Shown: positions 51,362-59,931 of the stretch, one piece after another | How the letters are laid out: the number at the start of each line of letters is the position of its first letter | Numbering within the stretch: position 1 is the first letter of the stretch | Assembly (NCBI GenBank): GCA_963822925.1 | Contig: CAWGJN010000001.1 | Coordinates: forward strand, 217,622 to 281,621 | Length of the DNA stretch: 64,000 bases | Origin: an uncultured Gemmatimonadales bacterium | Lineage (GTDB): Bacteria > Gemmatimonadota > Gemmatimonadetes > Gemmatimonadales > GWC2-71-9 | Direction of reading: 5' to 3' | The notes under the pieces: generated by a model | Seen by the model: only the letters and a program-made list of their open reading frames with translations | Told to the model about the DNA's origin: nothing | Databases searched by the model: none | Position numbers and translations under genes: made by a program

Positions 51362-51772
51362 TCAGCCAAGCTCGAGCTCGTAATTCACGGCTATGTCGGG
51401 CGCGAGCGAGTGCAGCACCGAGCAATACTTCTCGAGGGACAGGTCGATGGCACGTCTCACCTTCGCCTCATCCAGCGATTCACCCCTGGCCCGGAAACGA
51501 AGCCGCAGGCTGGTATAACGACGAGGCGCCTCATCCCGCCGGTCGCCCCAGGCCTCGATGTCGAGACTGCTGAGTTTCTCGCGCATCTTTGCGAGGATGT
51601 CCACGACATCCGCTCCGCTGCACGCCGCCGCCGCCAGCAGCAACTGCAGCATCGGTCCCGGCGCCTCGGCATTGTCGCCGTCGATGAGCGTGGTGGGACC
51701 GCCGGATTCCCCTCCGCTGAAGCGCAAGCCGCCGGTCCAGGCGAGCGTGACGTGCTTGGTCTCCATCCGCAT
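51362..51772 (-). CDS. OsmC/Ohr-family protein
   Basis: ORF 51362..51820 trimmed to ATG 51772. ATG 51766 is equally possible and has better spacing from GGAAGGG. APGPMLQLLLAAAACSGADVVDIL...LEKYCSVLHSL carries the two conserved Cys regions. Confidence 0.75.
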   Translation of the reverse strand: MRMETKHVTLAWTGGLRFSGGESGGPTTLIDGDNAEAPGPMLQLLLAAAACSGADVVDILAKMREKLSSLDIEAWGDRRDEAPRRYTSLRLRFRARGESLDEAKVRRAIDLSLEKYCSVLHSLAPDIAVNYELELG

Positions 51773-51782
51773 CCCTTCCGGT

Positions 51783-52337
51783 TCATTGTGACCCCAGTCG
51801 CCGTCGCAGGCGACGTGCATGGTAATAGTCCCAGATCGCGTAGAGGCCGATGCCGCTCGTAGCCCAGGCCATGGGACGCAGGTACGCCGGCGCCACCAGG
51901 TAGGCGAAGAGCGTGAGCAGCTGGGCCAGCGTCACGGCCTTCCCTCCCAGCCGCGCCGGAATGGACGACGCGCGACCCAGTCCCGCCGTGATGAAGAATG
52001 CAAGGGACGCCGCGATGTCCCGCAACAACACGCCCCCGACTTCCCACCAGTGCAGGAGTCCGGAGAATGCCACGACGCCGAACCCGCAGGCCATGAACAG
52101 CCGGTCGGCAACGGGATCGACGAAAACGCCGAGGCGCGAGGGACCGAGTCGCCGCGCGAGGAAGCCGTCGAGCAGGTCGGACACGGCGGCCAGCCCGAGG
52201 ATCGCCAGCCGTGCCGGCGTGCCCGGGAGCAGCACGAATGCCACCGCCAGGGGGATGCGCAGCGCGGAGCAGACGTCGGCAATGCCCCATCGCGGACGCG
52301 CTTGCTCGCCCCCAAGGGCGGGACTAGCTTCGGTCAC
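51783..52337 (-). CDS. CDP-alcohol phosphatidyltransferase family protein
   Basis: ORF 51783..52460. Family motif DLLDGFLARRLGPSRLGVFVDPVADR, i.e. D(x)2DG(x)2AR...D(x)3D. The start is uncertain; GTG 52337 was chosen so the gene does not overlap the divergent gene. Confidence 0.7.
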   Translation of the reverse strand: MTEASPALGGEQARPRWGIADVCSALRIPLAVAFVLLPGTPARLAILGLAAVSDLLDGFLARRLGPSRLGVFVDPVADRLFMACGFGVVAFSGLLHWWEVGGVLLRDIAASLAFFITAGLGRASSIPARLGGKAVTLAQLLTLFAYLVAPAYLRPMAWATSGIGLYAIWDYYHARRLRRRLGSQ

Positions 52338-52366
52338 CTTCGCCACCTGCGGCCTCCCGGCGTGCC

Positions 52367-52825
52367 ATGAACCTTTCAGTGTTGCGCAATACGGCCCTTT
52401 TTGCCGACCTCGACGAGGCGCAACTGGGCCGGGTGGCGGAAATCTGCCTGGAGCAAACATACCGCTCCGGCGAGATCATCTTCCGCGAAGGTGAGCCCGG
52501 CAACCGGCTCTTCATCATCGTCACCGGGAGCGTGCGCATCAGCCGCGACATCCCCAACGCCGGCGAAGAGGCACTGGCGGTGCTCAAGCCCGCCACCTGC
52601 TTCGGCGAGATGAGCGTGCTCGACCGCTCGGAACGATCCACGGACGCTATCGCAGCGGAAGACTGCGTGCTCGCCACGATCACGCGACCCGACCTGGAAA
52701 TGCTGCTGGAGTTCGACAAGGAACTCGCCTACGTCGTGCTCCGCTCGTTCGTGCGCATGCTCTCGGCCCGGCTGCGTGCCACCAACGACAACCTTCGCAC
52801 CTTTCTCGCCATGTCGATGTTCTGA
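52367..52825 (+). CDS. Stand-alone cyclic-nucleotide-binding (CAP effector) domain protein
   Basis: ORF, 152 aa. FREGEPGNRLFIIVTGSVRI...FGEMSVLD...RSTDAIA is the cNMP-binding beta-roll pattern. Confidence 0.8.
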   Translation: MNLSVLRNTALFADLDEAQLGRVAEICLEQTYRSGEIIFREGEPGNRLFIIVTGSVRISRDIPNAGEEALAVLKPATCFGEMSVLDRSERSTDAIAAEDCVLATITRPDLEMLLEFDKELAYVVLRSFVRMLSARLRATNDNLRTFLAMSMF

Positions 52826-53604
52826 TGGCACTCGATACTGCGATCATCCCCTGCGGCGGCCTCGGCCGCCGGCTCCGCCCGATCACGAACTGGGTTCCCA
52901 AGGAAATGCTGCCCATCGGCCTCAAGCCGGCACTCTACTGGGCGCTCGATGAGGCTGCCTCCGCGGGACTGTTGCGCGTCATCCTGATCGTGACGCCGCA
53001 CAAGCCGGTCATCGAGGCGGCCGCGCGGCAGTACCAGGGCCCGCTCGAACTCGAGTTCGTGCCGCAGACGGCATTCCGCGGGCTGGGCGACGCGATACTG
53101 TCGGCACGGGACGCGCTCGCCGGCTCGCCGTTCCTGCTGCTGCAACCAGACCAGCTTTTCGACGGGCCCAACCCCACCACCGCCGTGCTCGCCGCGTACC
53201 GGGCGTCACGCCGTACCACGGTGGCCCTCGTCGAGATCGGAAAGGTGGAGGCCGCCCGCACCGGTGCGCTTGGTCGCGCCACCGCGCGCACGCTGGACAC
53301 CGGACGGATGCTGGTCGACGCGCTCGATGCGCGAGGATCGAGCCTGGGCCGGTTCGATGTGGAGGACGCACCGGTGCTCGCACCCACCGGACGGGTCGCC
53401 TACAACAGCGATGCGTTCGACGATTTCGACGCGGCGGCCGCGGCCGTGCCGCCGGGTGCGGAGGTCGATGACCGCCCGGTGCTGCAGCGCATCGCCGCCC
53501 GGGGCGCGCTCGACGGCGTGAGCGTGCCCGCCAGGCTGTACGATCTGGGCGTGCCGGAGGGATATCGCGACGCGGTGGGCCGCTGGCCGGCGCGGGTCAG
53601 CTGA
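52825..53604 (+). CDS. Sugar-1-phosphate nucleotidyltransferase (GalU/RmlA-like)
   Basis: ORF, 259 aa. N-terminal AIIPCGGLGRRLRPITNWVPKEMLPIG resembles the GalU-type signature. The start shares one base with the upstream stop. Confidence 0.7.
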   Translation: MALDTAIIPCGGLGRRLRPITNWVPKEMLPIGLKPALYWALDEAASAGLLRVILIVTPHKPVIEAAARQYQGPLELEFVPQTAFRGLGDAILSARDALAGSPFLLLQPDQLFDGPNPTTAVLAAYRASRRTTVALVEIGKVEAARTGALGRATARTLDTGRMLVDALDARGSSLGRFDVEDAPVLAPTGRVAYNSDAFDDFDAAAAAVPPGAEVDDRPVLQRIAARGALDGVSVPARLYDLGVPEGYRDAVGRWPARVS

Positions 53605-53605
53605 G

Positions 53606-53917
53606 GTGGCACATTACGCCCTGCGGACGGTCGAGCTCGATGGCATCGCGCCCCAGCGGCTGCTGGACGAGAGTCAACTCGCGGTAGCCGCCGTCGGAGC
53701 GGCGGGCGCCATGGGCATGTCGGCGGAGGGGCCACCGGTGACGCGATCCTCACCCAGCGAGATATCGGTCGCACTGCTCTGTCGCGAGGGCCACATCGTG
53801 CTGCATGCGGTGGCCGCCGAAGGGATCTGCCTCATCGACCTCGCCGGGCGTCCTGGCGTGCAACTGGAGCGAGGCCTGGAGGTCATCGTCCGACGGTTGG
53901 GCGTTACGCTCCCCTGA
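53606..53917 (+). CDS. Small S-adenosylmethionine-decarboxylase-like protein, apparently lacking the ES processing site
   Basis: ORF, 103 aa. ISVALLCREGHIVLHAVAAEGICLIDL resembles the AdoMetDC core (..LAESHISIHTWPE..aDvf.C), but with RE-G in place of ES. This is a weak call. Confidence 0.35.
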   Translation: MAHYALRTVELDGIAPQRLLDESQLAVAAVGAAGAMGMSAEGPPVTRSSPSEISVALLCREGHIVLHAVAAEGICLIDLAGRPGVQLERGLEVIVRRLGVTLP

Positions 53918-56519
53918 CCACTCCCTCCGCGCGGTTACCCGAAAACGCCGCCCCCGCCACCTCACGAATCGCTTCCGCCGTCACCGAGCGGTAGCGCGCC
54001 GCCGGATCCTCCAGTTCGCGCAGGCCCTCACCGGCCAGCCACGCATCGACGATTTCCCCCACCACGGCCCCGGCGCTCTGGCGGGAAACCGCCGCCTGGC
54101 CCGACAGATAGTTCACGCCCTCCCTCAGCTCCTGCTCGCTGACCCGCTCTTCGGCGAAGCGCGTGAGTTCCTCCAGCATCGCGCTTCGCGCCTCCTCCTC
54201 GCGCTCAGGAGAGGTCGCGATGTATGTGAGGATGGCGCCACCGTCGCGTCGGGGCCATGCGGTGCCCACCACTGTGTACGCGAGGGACCGGCGGTCACGG
54301 AGCTTGTCGAACAAGCGTCCTCCCAGGCCGCTCGCCACCGCACCCCATACGTCCGCCGCATGACGCAGCGGGTCGCGGCGATCAGGGCCGGGGAAGGCCA
54401 TCGCAAACGCCGTCTGCGCCTTGGCGCGCGGCGTGACCCGCAGCCAGTCGGCAGGATCGGGGTCGACCAGCTGTCGCGCACGCGCCGGGGCCACCGCCGC
54501 ACCCGGCACATCCGCGAACACACCGGCCAGTTCCGTCGCCGCCGAATCCGGATCGAGGTCGCCCACCACCACCAGCGCACCGCGCCGGCCGGCGAAACTG
54601 TTGCGGTGCCAGGTCCGCACGTCGTCGAGGCCCAGCGTGGGCAGGGTCTCCACGGTACCGCCCACTGGTCGGCCGTAGCCGCGATCGCGAAATGCCGCGC
54701 CGAAGGCAAGGAGGAACGGGTAGCGGAACATGTCATCCGCCACCTGGCGTGCTTCCTCGAGCAATAGTCCGCGCTCGGTGAGCACGTCCACCTCATTGAA
54801 GGCGGGCTCGAAGGCGGCGAGCCGCAACAGCGTCGCGGCCGGCGCGAGGTTCCCGCTCAGGACCGGGAGGCTGAGCCCGGCCCAGTCGATGCCGGCGCTC
54901 GCGCTCAGCGTGCCGCCCAGGCCCTCGGCAGCAAAGGCGAGCGCCGCGCCGTCGAGCGACCCGGCGCCTCGAGTCAGAGACCGCATTGCCAGCGCGCCGA
55001 TACCCGCCATGCCGGGAGCCTCGGAGGCATCGCGAGGCACGTAGTAGCCCAGCGTCACCGCCGGCACGCCCGGCTTGCGCCGCACGAGGAGATCGAGCCC
55101 GCCCAGCGTAACGTGCAGGACTTCAGCCGTGCGCGTGCCCTGTGCCTTCCGCGGCGCACGCGGCGCCGGCGGCCGCGCCTCGGGCGAAACGATGGAGGTG
55201 AGTGGGGCCACCGCGAACGCGGCCGCAAGGCGCTCGGCGGTGAGATCTTCGCCCACGCCATCGGGCAGATAGACCACGCCACTCACGCTCTCCGGAAGCA
55301 GGTAGCGCCGCGCCACTTCACGCACCTCATCAGCGGAGATGCTGCCGAGCCGCTCGTACTCCTCGTCGAGCAGCTCGATGCGCCCGAGCGCCTCCGCACT
55401 CGCCAGGGCCGACGCGCGCCCTTCCATCGACTCACTCCGGCGCGCCCATCGCGCCAGCAGCAGCGTCCGCGCGCGACTGAGGTCGGTCTCTCCCGGACCG
55501 AGGAGCGCGAGCCGGCTGGTGGCCGACGCGATTCCCTCGAGCGCCTGGTCGACGCGGTCGGGCTCGACATCGGCTGAAATGGAGAAGACTCCGACGTCGC
55601 CCGGGGCATAGTTCGCCGCGCTGACACCGGTGACGACGCCGGGCTCGCGCAGGATGCGGTAGAGCCAGCTGCCGCGACCGGCGCTCAGCACTGCCGCCGC
55701 TACGTCGAGCGGTACGCTATCAGGATGCAGCGCGTCCACCGTCCGCCAGCCGAGCGAGAGCTCGGCGCGCGTCACGTCGCCACGCAGTGTGCGCGCCCGC
55801 ACACCCTCGCGCGGCGGCTCCTCCGGAGAGGGATCGACCGCGCCCGGCGCCGGGGACCAGTCACCATAGGCCGCGCGCAGAACGGCGAGCGTCTCCTCGA
55901 CCGGCACGGCACCCACAACGGAGACGATCGTACGCTCGGGCACATAGCGCGAGTGGTAATAGCCGGCCACGTCGTCGCGCGTGTAACCGGCGAGCTGGTC
56001 CTCGGTGCCTATGCGCCAGCGGCGGATCCGGTGACGGTCGAACATCAGTTCGTGGAGTGTCTCGTATGTCACCGCGTCGGGCGTGTCCAGCTTCCGCTTC
56101 GCCTCCTGGATGATGACGCGCAATTCGCGCTCGAGCTCGCCGGCGTCGATGAGCGAGTGCCGCAGCGCGTCCGCCTGGATGTCCACGGCCCGCGCCAGGG
56201 CCGATGCCGGGAGCACCACGAAGTAGCTCGTGCGGTCGTAGGAGGTCGAGGCATTGAGGTAACCGCCGGCCGCTTTCGTTTCCCGCGCGATCTGACCCAC
56301 GGCGCGCGTGGGCGTGCCCTTGAAGAACATGTGCTCCAGCACGTGCGAGATGCCGATCCACCGATCGGGTTCATCGAAGAAGCCAGCGCGGACGTGCGTC
56401 ACGGCCGCCACCGCGGGCGCGGAATCATCGCGCTGCACGAGGAGCGTGAGGCCGTTTGGGAGCACCTCGCGGTGGACGTCGGCCGTCCAGCGGCGGGGTG
56501 AAGTGGCTGTGTCGGTCAT
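53904..56519 (-). CDS. M16-family (pitrilysin/insulinase-like) zinc peptidase, double-length
   Basis: ORF 53904..56594 trimmed to ATG 56519 (MTDTATSPRRW), because the first 25 codons lie in the heptad-repeat element. HxxEH motif in ISHVLEHMFFKG. Two tandem M16 active/inactive pairs, judged from length. Confidence 0.85.
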   Translation of the reverse strand: MTDTATSPRRWTADVHREVLPNGLTLLVQRDDSAPAVAAVTHVRAGFFDEPDRWIGISHVLEHMFFKGTPTRAVGQIARETKAAGGYLNASTSYDRTSYFVVLPASALARAVDIQADALRHSLIDAGELERELRVIIQEAKRKLDTPDAVTYETLHELMFDRHRIRRWRIGTEDQLAGYTRDDVAGYYHSRYVPERTIVSVVGAVPVEETLAVLRAAYGDWSPAPGAVDPSPEEPPREGVRARTLRGDVTRAELSLGWRTVDALHPDSVPLDVAAAVLSAGRGSWLYRILREPGVVTGVSAANYAPGDVGVFSISADVEPDRVDQALEGIASATSRLALLGPGETDLSRARTLLLARWARRSESMEGRASALASAEALGRIELLDEEYERLGSISADEVREVARRYLLPESVSGVVYLPDGVGEDLTAERLAAAFAVAPLTSIVSPEARPPAPRAPRKAQGTRTAEVLHVTLGGLDLLVRRKPGVPAVTLGYYVPRDASEAPGMAGIGALAMRSLTRGAGSLDGAALAFAAEGLGGTLSASAGIDWAGLSLPVLSGNLAPAATLLRLAAFEPAFNEVDVLTERGLLLEEARQVADDMFRYPFLLAFGAAFRDRGYGRPVGGTVETLPTLGLDDVRTWHRNSFAGRRGALVVVGDLDPDSAATELAGVFADVPGAAVAPARARQLVDPDPADWLRVTPRAKAQTAFAMAFPGPDRRDPLRHAADVWGAVASGLGGRLFDKLRDRRSLAYTVVGTAWPRRDGGAILTYIATSPEREEEARSAMLEELTRFAEERVSEQELREGVNYLSGQAAVSRQSAGAVVGEIVDAWLAGEGLRELEDPAARYRSVTAEAIREVAGAAFSGNRAEGVVRGA

Positions 56520-56539
56520 GAGGGAAAGGTAGTGAGATC

Positions 56540-56608
56540 GTGAACGGTAAACAGTGAACCGTGAACGGGAGTCGGCACCCGTTTTACGGTTCACCGTTCA
56601 CTGTTTAC
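56540..56608. repeat. Inverted heptad-repeat element (GTGAACS/GTAAACA units), copy 2
   Basis: Left arm GTGAACG GTAAACA GTGAACC GTGAACG (56540-56567), a 13-nt spacer, then right arm GTTTTAC GGTTCAC CGTTCAC TGTTTAC (56581-56608). 56547-56567 can pair with 56588-56608 at 19 of 21 positions. It lies between the TPR gene stop and the M16 gene start. Confidence 0.7.
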
Positions 56609-56614
56609 GGCGTT

Positions 56615-57730
56615 TCAGTGCAGGATCCGAAGCACTCCCGCTTCCGAGCTTCCCCGGATGAATGCTTCTGCATCGGTCAGTGGAATGACGATGCCGGTCT
56701 CGGTACGCCCACGGCGGGCCAGGCTCGCCATGAACTCGCTCATCGGCGCATCGGCCCACTCGGGTTCGGCCGCCTTCATCTGCATCAGGATCTCGTCCCA
56801 CGTGCCCCGGAAGGAATGGCCCGCCAGGGTCGCAACGTGGTGCGAATCGCCGCCGGGGCGCTTCTGCATCGCCTGGAGTTCCGTGAGCAGGGTACCGAAC
56901 AGTTCGAGCTGGTGCGGATCGCGTACGGTGCCATCCGGCTGCTGCGCCTCGATCTCGGCGAGCAGCATGTCGATGGCATCGGGCTCACCGGCCACCTCGC
57001 CGAGCCGGCTGTACCATGGCCCCAGCTCGAGGTCATCATCGGGCAGTCGGTAGACGGTCTTCTTGAGCTCGATGCAGCGCCACAAGCCGAGCTCGTCGTA
57101 GTGATCGTCCGGCTCGGTGCGCTCGAGGTGGTGCAGCGCGGCTTCGGTCTCGCCGCGGTCATACAGCATGTTCGCGAGGTAGATCCGCGCCTCGGGATAC
57201 TGTGGCTCGAGCTCGAGCGCCCGGCGAATCCAGAAGAGCGCGCCGGGATCATTGCCGAGCCGGTGCGAGGCATAGCCGAGACAGGCCGCCGCCTCGGGCG
57301 ACTCGCCGTGCGCGGTAACGGCGAGCTCGAAGTAGCGGTGGGCCTGCGCCAGCAGGCCCTCGCGGAAGCAGGCCCGGCCCAGCTGCAACATGAGCTCGAG
57401 GTCTTCGCGGAACCCGAGCGCCACGATGCGTTCATACGCGCGTAGCGCACCGGCCCGGTCGCCCAGCTTGAGCAGCGCCTCGCCCAGCCCCGCCAGGGCG
57501 TCCTCATTGTCGGGATCGAGCGCGATGGCGGTTTCGAAGCTGCGGCGGGCCCACGCGTAGTCCTCGCGGGCGAGATGGGCGTAGGCGGAGCCGACGTGCA
57601 ATTCCACCGCGTTGGGATACAGCGAGAGCCCCTCGCGCAGCAGCGCGAGCGCTTCCTCGTAGGATCCTTCGTTGTAGAGCTGGTGGGCCTGTTCGTCGAA
57701 CTCGTCGGAGCTACGGAATGCATCCGACAT
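56615..57730 (-). CDS. Tetratricopeptide-repeat protein
   Basis: ORF, 371 aa. Several TPR units (for example YEEALALLREGLSLYPNAVELHVGSAYAHL and ARRSFETAIALDPDNEDALAGLGEALLKLG) plus a non-TPR C-terminal third. Confidence 0.75.
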   Translation of the reverse strand: MSDAFRSSDEFDEQAHQLYNEGSYEEALALLREGLSLYPNAVELHVGSAYAHLAREDYAWARRSFETAIALDPDNEDALAGLGEALLKLGDRAGALRAYERIVALGFREDLELMLQLGRACFREGLLAQAHRYFELAVTAHGESPEAAACLGYASHRLGNDPGALFWIRRALELEPQYPEARIYLANMLYDRGETEAALHHLERTEPDDHYDELGLWRCIELKKTVYRLPDDDLELGPWYSRLGEVAGEPDAIDMLLAEIEAQQPDGTVRDPHQLELFGTLLTELQAMQKRPGGDSHHVATLAGHSFRGTWDEILMQMKAAEPEWADAPMSEFMASLARRGRTETGIVIPLTDAEAFIRGSSEAGVLRILH

Positions 57731-57887
57731 CGGCAGGGGGCCTCCCGTGCGGGTTGGTCAATATTACGGACAGGGGCCCCGTCAGGCAAGAGTTTGGGCC
57801 GCGACCGTCTCGAAATATCTATCGCCAACGGCGGGAAAGGCTTGCCGCACCTTGGTCAACGGTATTGCGGACCGCTCCCATCTCGAT

Positions 57888-57911
57888 ATATTACTGACCA
57901 GTCAGTTATAT
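57888..57911. promoter_or_regulatory. Candidate TetR operator: AT-rich imperfect palindrome
   Basis: ATATTACTGAC-CA-GTCAGTTATAT (10 of 11 arm positions complementary). It sits 17 nt upstream of the TetR GTG start and just before its CAGGAG ribosome-binding site. Confidence 0.45.
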
Positions 57912-57927
57912 CAGGAGCCGCAACACC

Positions 57928-58578
57928 GTGCTTGAGACATCACCTTCCCCCCGCTGGCAACGCCGCCCCGACGCCCGCCCCGAAGAGATCCTGGACGCCG
58001 CCTTGGAGGTTTTCGGTGCGCAGGGCTTTTCGGGCGCGCGACTCGAGGACATCGCCCGTCGGGCCGGCGTCAGCAAGGGAACGCTGTACCTCTACTTCGA
58101 TTCGAAGGAAGCGTTGTTCCGCGCCATGATCCGCGCGCGCATCGTGAGCGTGCTCGAGGAGGGTGAACGGGAGCTGCTGCATGCCGAGGGCGACACGCGC
58201 ACCAAGCTCGAGCGACTCATGCGCCGCATCTGGGCGGTGGTGGGCGATCCCTCGATGGCGCGCATCATCAAGCTGGTGCACGGCGAGCTGAACAACTTCC
58301 CCGAGCTTGCCCGCTTCTACTTTGAAGAAGTGATCCTCCGGGTGCGCGCGCTCGGCCTTGCGGTGCTGGCCCAGGGCGTGGCCGCAGGCGAGGTGCGGCC
58401 GGAGCAGGCACAGTTCGCCGCGCGCGCCATGCCTTCTCTGCTGGTGATGGGCAGCAAGATGCTGCACTTCTTCGCGCCCCTCGACCCGGCACCACTCACC
58501 GAGGAGGCGATCGTCTCGGGCACCATCGACCTCGTGCTGCACGGCGTCCTGCCACGCGACACCGGGACCGGACGCTGA
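57928..58578 (+). CDS. TetR/AcrR-family transcriptional regulator
   Basis: ORF, 216 aa. HTH region ILDAALEVFGAQGFSGARLEDIARRAGVSKGTLYLYFDSKEALF. Confidence 0.85.
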   Translation: MLETSPSPRWQRRPDARPEEILDAALEVFGAQGFSGARLEDIARRAGVSKGTLYLYFDSKEALFRAMIRARIVSVLEEGERELLHAEGDTRTKLERLMRRIWAVVGDPSMARIIKLVHGELNNFPELARFYFEEVILRVRALGLAVLAQGVAAGEVRPEQAQFAARAMPSLLVMGSKMLHFFAPLDPAPLTEEAIVSGTIDLVLHGVLPRDTGTGR

Positions 58579-58580
58579 CC

Positions 58581-59900
58581 ATGCATTTCCTTCGCATGAC
58601 CGTGGTCGCATCATTGCTTGCCGCTTCGCCCCTCGCAGCACAGGCACCGACACTCGTTCCACCCGGACCGCTCACGCTGGATGACGCGATGCGCTGGGCC
58701 TGGCAGCGAGGCGTGGCCGCCTCGGTAGCCCGGCTCAATGCCGACGTGGCGCAGTCGCGCGTAGGCCAGCGGCGCGCCGACCTGCTGCCCCAGGTGGCGG
58801 GCCAGGCGGACTATTCGCGCCAGACGCTCAACCTCGACGAGTTCGGCATCCCGATCGCCACGGGCATCACCGACCCATTCAACCTCTATCACTTCCGTCT
58901 CACCGGCGCGCAATCGCTCGTGAACCTCGCAGCGATCAGCCGGGTGCAGTCCGCGTCCGACTCTTCGGTCGCAGCCTCGTTCGATGCGCAGTCCACCGGC
59001 AGCAATGCTGCCGCGCTCGCGGGCGTGGCGTACGTGCGGGTCCTGGGCATCGCCGAGACGATCCGCGCGCGCGTGGCCGACAGCGTGATTGCCGCTGACC
59101 TCCTTTCCCAGGCGCGACAGCTGGCCGACGCCGGGATCAACGCTGCCATCGACGTCACCCGCAACGAGGTGAACCTCGCGGCGGTCCGCACCCAGCTGGT
59201 GATCACCCGGAACCAGCTCTCGCGGGCGAAGCTCGACCTCGCCCGCGCCCTGAGCGTACCGCCGGAGACGCCGATCGAGCTGGCGGATTCGCTGGGACAG
59301 GAAGACCAGCAGTTGCCCACCGATCAGGACTCGGCGGTTGTCTTCGCGAAGGATCACCGCCCCGAGGTGCTGGCCGAGCATCGCCGCACGGAAGCGGTGC
59401 GACTGAGCCGCCGGGCGGTGGGGCAGGAAAACCTGCCGAGCGCCGGGGTCGCCGGATCAGTGCAGGAGAGCGGCCAGCAGACGGACGCGCTCGCCGGCAC
59501 CTGGGCGGTACAGGTCGGGATCTCCGTACCGATCTTCGATGGCCTGCGCCGGCAGAAGCGCCGGGATGAGCAGACCGCGCGCTATGACGCGCAGAAACTG
59601 CGGGAGTACGATGTGACCCAGCAGGTGGATGCCGAAGCGCGGCAGGTGGTGCTCGACCTGACCGCCGCGCGGGAAGAGCTGGCCGTGGCGGTGCAGCGGC
59701 TCCGCCTTGCCGACCTCGAGCTCACGCAGGCGGATGAGCGGGTCGCGGCCGGCGTGGCAGGCAGCGTCGAGACGACCAATGCGCAACGCAACCTCGTGGG
59801 CGCGCGCGACGCGCTCATCCAGGCCCGGGTTTCCCTGGACATCGCCCGGGTCAATTCATACCGCGCGCTCGGCATCATTGTGCCCGCGAACAGCCAGTGA
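58581..59900 (+). CDS. TolC-family outer-membrane efflux protein
   Basis: ORF, 439 aa. Signal peptide ...AASPLAA|QAP. Two internally repeated coiled-coil/beta segments typical of OEP/TolC. Confidence 0.85.
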   Translation: MHFLRMTVVASLLAASPLAAQAPTLVPPGPLTLDDAMRWAWQRGVAASVARLNADVAQSRVGQRRADLLPQVAGQADYSRQTLNLDEFGIPIATGITDPFNLYHFRLTGAQSLVNLAAISRVQSASDSSVAASFDAQSTGSNAAALAGVAYVRVLGIAETIRARVADSVIAADLLSQARQLADAGINAAIDVTRNEVNLAAVRTQLVITRNQLSRAKLDLARALSVPPETPIELADSLGQEDQQLPTDQDSAVVFAKDHRPEVLAEHRRTEAVRLSRRAVGQENLPSAGVAGSVQESGQQTDALAGTWAVQVGISVPIFDGLRRQKRRDEQTARYDAQKLREYDVTQQVDAEARQVVLDLTAAREELAVAVQRLRLADLELTQADERVAAGVAGSVETTNAQRNLVGARDALIQARVSLDIARVNSYRALGIIVPANSQ

Positions 59901-59931
59901 CGCACCGTACTTGCACCAGCGAGCCCCGATC

